A stretch of DNA of 64,000 nt, from NCBI GenBank assembly GCA_964291285.2, contig OZ219787.1, positions 160,001 through 224,000 on the forward strand, read 5' to 3'. The stretch is from Alphaproteobacteria bacterium (GTDB lineage Bacteria; Pseudomonadota; Alphaproteobacteria; Bin95). The position numbers and the translations under genes were made by a program. Below the pieces are notes generated by a model. It was not told where the DNA came from. It searched no databases and saw only the letters and a list, made by a program, of their open reading frames with translations. Positions 62,540 through 64,000 of this stretch are shown piece by piece. Each line of letters starts with the position of its first letter. Within the stretch, counting starts at the first letter, position 1.

Positions 62540-63739
62540 TCAGGAGAGCTTCGCCATCGCGCGGGCGATGCGCCGGCCGGCTTCCTCCAGCCGGTCCAGC
62601 GGGGCCGCATAGCTCACCCGGACATGCGGCGAGAGGCCGTAGGACGCGCCCTGCACCACGGCGACATGAGCCTCCCCGACCAGATAGTCCGTCACCGCCG
62701 TGTCGTCCTTGAGCCGCCCTCCGGAAGGCGTCCGGGCGCCGATGGCCGAGGCGACCGACGGATAGACATACATCGCCCCTTCGGGCGCGTGGCAGGGCAG
62801 GCCCGCCTCGTTCAGCGCGGCGACCATGAGGTCGCGCCGCTCCCGCATGATCTGCCGGCGCTCCTCGACGATGTCCTTCGGTCCGTCGAGCGCCGCCAGC
62901 GCCGCTCTTTGCCCGACGGCATTGGGGCAGGAGACGAGCTGGCCCTGGAGCTTCCCCATTTCCCGGACGATGTCGCGCGGGCCGCCGGCGAAGCCGACCC
63001 GGAAGCCGGTCATCGAATAGGCCTTGGAGACGCCGTTGATGGTGAGCGTGCGCGGGAACAATTCCGGGGCCACATTCGCGATCGTGGCGAGCGGCGCGTC
63101 CGTGTAGAGCAGGTGCTCGTAGATGTCGTCCGCCATCACATGCACATGAGGGTGGCGCGCCAGCACGGCGGCGAGCGCCCCCAGGTCCTCCGCGGAATAG
63201 GCGGCGCCCGAGGGATTGGAGGGCGAGTTGAGCGAAAGCCACTTGGTCTTCGGGCCGATGGCGGCTTCCAGGTCCTCCGGGAGCAGGCGGAAGCCGTTCT
63301 GCTGCGGGCAGGAAACCGGCACCGGCACGCCGCCCGCCAGCCGCACGAGGTCCTCGTAAGCGCCCCAGAAGGGCGCGGGCAGGATCACTTCGTCGCCCGG
63401 CGCGAGCGTCGCCAGGAAGGCGCAGGAGATCGCCGCCTTGGCGCCCGTCGTCGCCAGCACCTCGTCGGCCGCGTAGTCGAGGCCGTTCTCGCGGCTGAAC
63501 TTGCGCCGGACCGCCTCCTTGAACTCGGGCGTGCCGTCGCGGTTGGTGTAGCCGACGACGCCGTCCGCCATCGCCTTCTCCGCCGCCTTGCGCACATGGT
63601 CCGGCGGCGGGAAGTCGGGCTGCCCGATCGTCAGGTTGATGACGTCGATGCCGTCGGCCGCCATGGCGCGGGCGCGCATGGCGGCGTTCTGGCTGGCTGA
63701 GGCCTTGAAGCGGCGCATCCTGGGCGCAATGATCGACAT
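62540..63739 (-). CDS. PLP-dependent aminotransferase class I (aspartate aminotransferase-like)
   Basis: NSPSNPSG, DDIYE, GVSKAYSMTGFRVG. Confidence 0.92.
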   Translation of the reverse strand: MSIIAPRMRRFKASASQNAAMRARAMAADGIDVINLTIGQPDFPPPDHVRKAAEKAMADGVVGYTNRDGTPEFKEAVRRKFSRENGLDYAADEVLATTGAKAAISCAFLATLAPGDEVILPAPFWGAYEDLVRLAGGVPVPVSCPQQNGFRLLPEDLEAAIGPKTKWLSLNSPSNPSGAAYSAEDLGALAAVLARHPHVHVMADDIYEHLLYTDAPLATIANVAPELFPRTLTINGVSKAYSMTGFRVGFAGGPRDIVREMGKLQGQLVSCPNAVGQRAALAALDGPKDIVEERRQIMRERRDLMVAALNEAGLPCHAPEGAMYVYPSVASAIGARTPSGGRLKDDTAVTDYLVGEAHVAVVQGASYGLSPHVRVSYAAPLDRLEEAGRRIARAMAKLS

Positions 63740-63807
63740 GGGAAAACCTGCCCCTCCCGAGGCCTCGCGACGGCGCGGGGTTATAGCACCGATAGGAGCG
63801 CCGCCCC

Positions 63808-64000
63808 ATGCCGAGCAACACCCCGCGCAGAATTACCGTCGCCGCCGCGCAGATGGGGCCGATCGCCCGCGCCGAGCCGCGCGGCCATGTGGTCGCGCGC
63901 CTCGTGGAGATGCTGAGGGACGCGCATGGGCGCGGCGCGGGGCTGGTCGTCTTTCCGGAACTTGCGCTCACCACCTTCTTCCCGCGCTGGTTCATCGAGG
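63808..64000 (+). CDS. N-carbamoyl-D-amino acid hydrolase (nitrilase family), partial
   Basis: AAAQMGPIAR...VVFPELALTTFFPRW; truncated by the window end. Confidence 0.8.
   Translation, partial: MPSNTPRRITVAAAQMGPIARAEPRGHVVARLVEMLRDAHGRGAGLVVFPELALTTFFPRWFIE

Noticed and set aside
61691-63700. 669-aa ORF starting with a RelE N-terminus
   Set aside because: Read-through of a truncated toxin into the antisense strand of the TauE and aminotransferase genes

Overview
GC-rich alphaproteobacterial chromosome segment (Rhodospirillales-like; this is inferred from gene content). Core blocks: TPP enzyme / radical SAM / rnhB / ccrM; rsmB-htpX-prmA-rpoZ-spoT-pdxJ-acpS-lepB-rnc-era; betaine/proline ABC transporter; a Fur-boxed DUF4856 locus; rluB-tadA-metZ with a SAM-II riboswitch; and small catabolic genes. 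Two accessory zones are present. The first (1-~12.9 kb) is a decaying MOBF-relaxase island with a candidate oriT, an IS1634-broken multi-HTH gene, a truncated hsdM, a lipoprotein subtilase behind a poly-G promoter, an IS5-wrecked low-GC two-gene locus and a TA module. The second (~32.9-46.4 kb) holds an IS1595-broken PIN-like gene, broken TA modules, a triple-nested IS1634/IS1634/IS630 stack and an AAA-ATPase/DriD(WYL)/PD-(D/E)XK-nuclease locus with a DriD box. The most notable candidates are that DriD-controlled ATPase-nuclease locus and a three-copy, promoter-led, hairpin-rich repeat family that is targeted by IS1634 and in one copy is followed by a helically phased CATGACA array. All protein calls come from motif recognition by eye; no database searches were run.
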